IMG/VR virus record: IMGVR_UViG_3300047551_002099
Coordinates: 15,811-79,810 of that record
Length of the DNA stretch: 64,000 nt
Origin: a virus
Direction: 5' to 3' (one strand)
In this document: in pieces, positions 62,718 to 64,000 of the stretch
Numbering within the stretch: the first letter of the stretch is position 1
Layout of the letters: every line of letters begins with the position of its first letter
Made by a program: the position numbers and the translations under genes
The notes under the pieces: model-generated
Database searches by the model: none
Told to the model about the DNA's origin: nothing
The model's input: the letters and a program-made list of their open reading frames with translations, nothing else

Positions 62718-63272
62718 ATGCAAGAACGAGAAAGGTATTTGAACGGCTATAAACTGGTGCATGCTCCTGACAATTTTTCTATTATGGATAGTGAAAATTG
62801 GTCGGGATGGGTGTATGAGCATAGATACGTAATGGAGCAACATTTAGGTAGAGCTCTGACCTCAGAAGAGGTTGTGCACCACTTGGACGGTAATAAGGAT
62901 AATAACCATATCACTAACTTGATAGTGCTCTCTAAGATAGACCACGGTAAGTTACATCGTTGGATGGATAGTAAGATAATCGTGGATAAACCAGAAACTC
63001 AACCTATTATCGTTGAGTGTGCCCACTGCAAAGCTAAATTTAAAAGACTTAATAAAGACTCTAAATATTGCTCTAATGAGTGTGCTCATTATGCCTCAAG
63101 GAAAGTCGTTAGACCTACTGCGGAGCAGTTAGCCAAATTAATCTGGCAATATCCTATGACTCAGCTTGGAGCTATGCACGGTGTTAGTGATAAGGCTGTT
63201 AAAAAGTGGTGTAAAGCCTACGGTATAACCGAGTTTCCTCCTAAAGGTTACTTTTTACGAAAGCTTGCATGA
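62718..63272 (+). CDS. HNH homing endonuclease (inserted antisense in tRNA-Ile2)
   Basis: VYEHRYVMEQHLGR...VVHHLDGNKDNNHITNL, followed by CxxC...CxxxC and an HTH-like tail. TATAAT at 62686. Stop codon lies on the tRNA anticodon loop. Confidence 0.92.
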   Translation: MQERERYLNGYKLVHAPDNFSIMDSENWSGWVYEHRYVMEQHLGRALTSEEVVHHLDGNKDNNHITNLIVLSKIDHGKLHRWMDSKIIVDKPETQPIIVECAHCKAKFKRLNKDSKYCSNECAHYASRKVVRPTAEQLAKLIWQYPMTQLGAMHGVSDKAVKKWCKAYGITEFPPKGYFLRKLA

Positions 63273-63304
63273 GTTCGCTGCCTTAACCGCTCGGCCAACC
63301 CTGC
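63269..63304 (-). pseudogene. 5' half of split tRNA-Ile2(CAU)
   Basis: GCAGGGTTGGCCGAGCGGTTAAGGCAGCGAACTCAT ends exactly at the CAT anticodon and closely resembles the cyanobacterial tRNA-Ile(CAU) 5' half. Confidence 0.85.
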
Positions 63305-63308
63305 AAGG

Positions 63309-63379
63309 CACCTCCTGAAGGAATCGAACCCTCGTATTCGGTTTTGGAGACCGACGTTCTGCCACTGAACTAAGGAGAT
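63309..63379 (-). tRNA. trnW: tRNA-Trp(CCA)
   Basis: ATCTCCT/AGGAGGT-G acceptor, GTTC/GAAC D-stem, TCGGT-CTCCAAA-ACCGA, GAGGG-TTCGATT-CCTTC. Confidence 0.95.
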
Positions 63380-63380
63380 T

Positions 63381-63410
63381 TGGTGGAGATGGGGAGAGTC
63401 GAACACTCCA
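63381..63410 (-). ncRNA. ssrA: tmRNA acceptor piece, 3' segment (T-loop, acceptor 3' strand, CCA)
   Basis: GTTCGACT-CTCCC-CATCTCC-ACCA. CATCTCC pairs with GGGGATG at 62537-62531, giving the AlaRS G3:U70 pair and A73. Confidence 0.88.
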
Positions 63411-63416
63411 TAGAGT

Positions 63417-63445
63417 TTGACTCTTATACAAGTATAAGCTATCAT
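63417..63445 (+). promoter_or_regulatory. sigma70-type promoter for the second HNH gene
   Basis: TTGACT-N17-TATCAT, 6 nt upstream of ATG 63452 (near-leaderless mRNA). Confidence 0.65.
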
Positions 63446-63451
63446 ATACTT

Positions 63452-63934
63452 ATGAAAAAAGCAAAAGCTGACAAAACCCCAAGAACTTGCTTCACCTGTA
63501 AAGCTGATTTTGTCCCTTCTAGCAACCACAAAAATTGTCCTGTATGCCGTTCTTTAGCAAGAAAGCATTTTTGTGACTGCGGCAAGGAGATATGGGAAAA
63601 GTCTACTAGGTGTTTACGATGCCATAATCTCAATAAAACAGGTAAGTCATTGGGTGTTACTTACCACAAGAGAGGTTATGTCATGCGGAGGGTTCATAAG
63701 GAATATGTTTTTGAACATATTCTTGTTATGGAGCGCCATCTCGGTCGTAAGCTACTAGAAGGTGAAAATGTGCACCACATTAATGGTGTTAAAGACGACA
63801 ACCGTATCGAGAATCTTGAGCTGTGGACTCGACCCCAACCGGCTGGAGTTCGCGCCAAAGATATTCTTAAATGGGCTAGACAAGTTATTGAAACCTATGA
63901 GCCTATAGAACATCTGCTTTCAAGTTCTGAGTAG
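63452..63934 (+). CDS. HNH homing endonuclease with Zn-finger N-terminus (inserted antisense in tmRNA)
   Basis: CxxC repeats, then YVFEHILVMERHLGR...NVHHINGVKDDNRIENL. ATG at 63452 is preferred over the ORF-track start. Confidence 0.92.
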   Translation: MKKAKADKTPRTCFTCKADFVPSSNHKNCPVCRSLARKHFCDCGKEIWEKSTRCLRCHNLNKTGKSLGVTYHKRGYVMRRVHKEYVFEHILVMERHLGRKLLEGENVHHINGVKDDNRIENLELWTRPQPAGVRAKDILKWARQVIETYEPIEHLLSSSE

Positions 63935-63939
63935 CGTTG

Positions 63940-63971
63940 CCGTCTTGGCAACCAGCCGCTACGACTATCCC
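63940..63971 (-). ncRNA. ssrA: tmRNA acceptor piece, 5' segment (helix-2 3' strand plus GAC); true 5' end uncertain
   Basis: TCGTAG pairs with CTACGA and TTGCCAA pairs with TTGGTAA of the coding piece, followed by the conserved GAC and the first GG of the T-stem. Confidence 0.75.
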
Positions 63972-64000
63972 AGTTTAAAGACGTATGGAAGGTCTATTGT

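Noticed and set aside
63380-63451. ORF-track N-terminal extension of the second HNH gene
   Set aside because: It overlaps the tmRNA 3' end and the predicted promoter; ATG 63452 is more plausible.
63248-63529. 93-aa minus-strand ORF
   Set aside because: It runs through tRNA-Trp and tmRNA sequences and is a shadow frame.
62666-63940. Group I introns as the explanation for the two HNH insertions
   Set aside because: The ORFs are antisense to the RNA genes and fill nearly all of the inserts. No P7/catalytic core is recognisable by eye and exon joins do not restore perfect stems. A covariance-model search would be needed to exclude it fully.
63911-63971. 5' half of a tRNA-Ser(UGA) (GGGATAG...CAGAA-CTTGAAA) on the minus strand
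   Set aside because: No proper D-arm or matching acceptor strand. The same bases pair specifically with tmRNA helix 2, and the apparent anticodon lies within the HNH coding sequence.
1-64000. Stop-codon reassignment
   Set aside because: Genes pack tightly under the standard code, end in TAA, TAG and TGA, and no suppressor tRNA is present.

Overview
A 64 kb segment of a large contractile-tailed (myovirus-like) phage, very probably infecting a cyanobacterium, judged from the cyanobacterial-type tmRNA tag and tRNA-Ile2 sequence. Positions 1-53758 (+ strand) form a virion morphogenesis block: end of the major capsid gene, head/neck genes, tail sheath, tail tube, baseplate hub/spike/gp25/J/wedge, a collagen-repeat fibre, a LamG-like adhesin, the terminase large subunit, and a 7866-aa tape-measure/ejection-like protein with a C-terminal array of cell-wall hydrolase domains. 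Positions 53745-64000 (mostly - strand) carry RNase H, SH3 and L,D-transpeptidase-like genes and two striking systems. (1) A complete, terminator-bounded ubiquitin-like conjugation operon (Ubl, two E2-like paralogues, JAB peptidase, E1/ThiF) at 56409-61246. (2) A circularly permuted (two-piece) tmRNA gene whose intervening segment holds a tRNA cluster, with antisense HNH endonuclease genes inserted into both the tmRNA T-arm and a tRNA-Ile(CAU) anticodon loop; the second insertion carries an unusual long-variable-arm CAU tRNA. All calls come from motif reading and manual base-pairing; no database searches were run.
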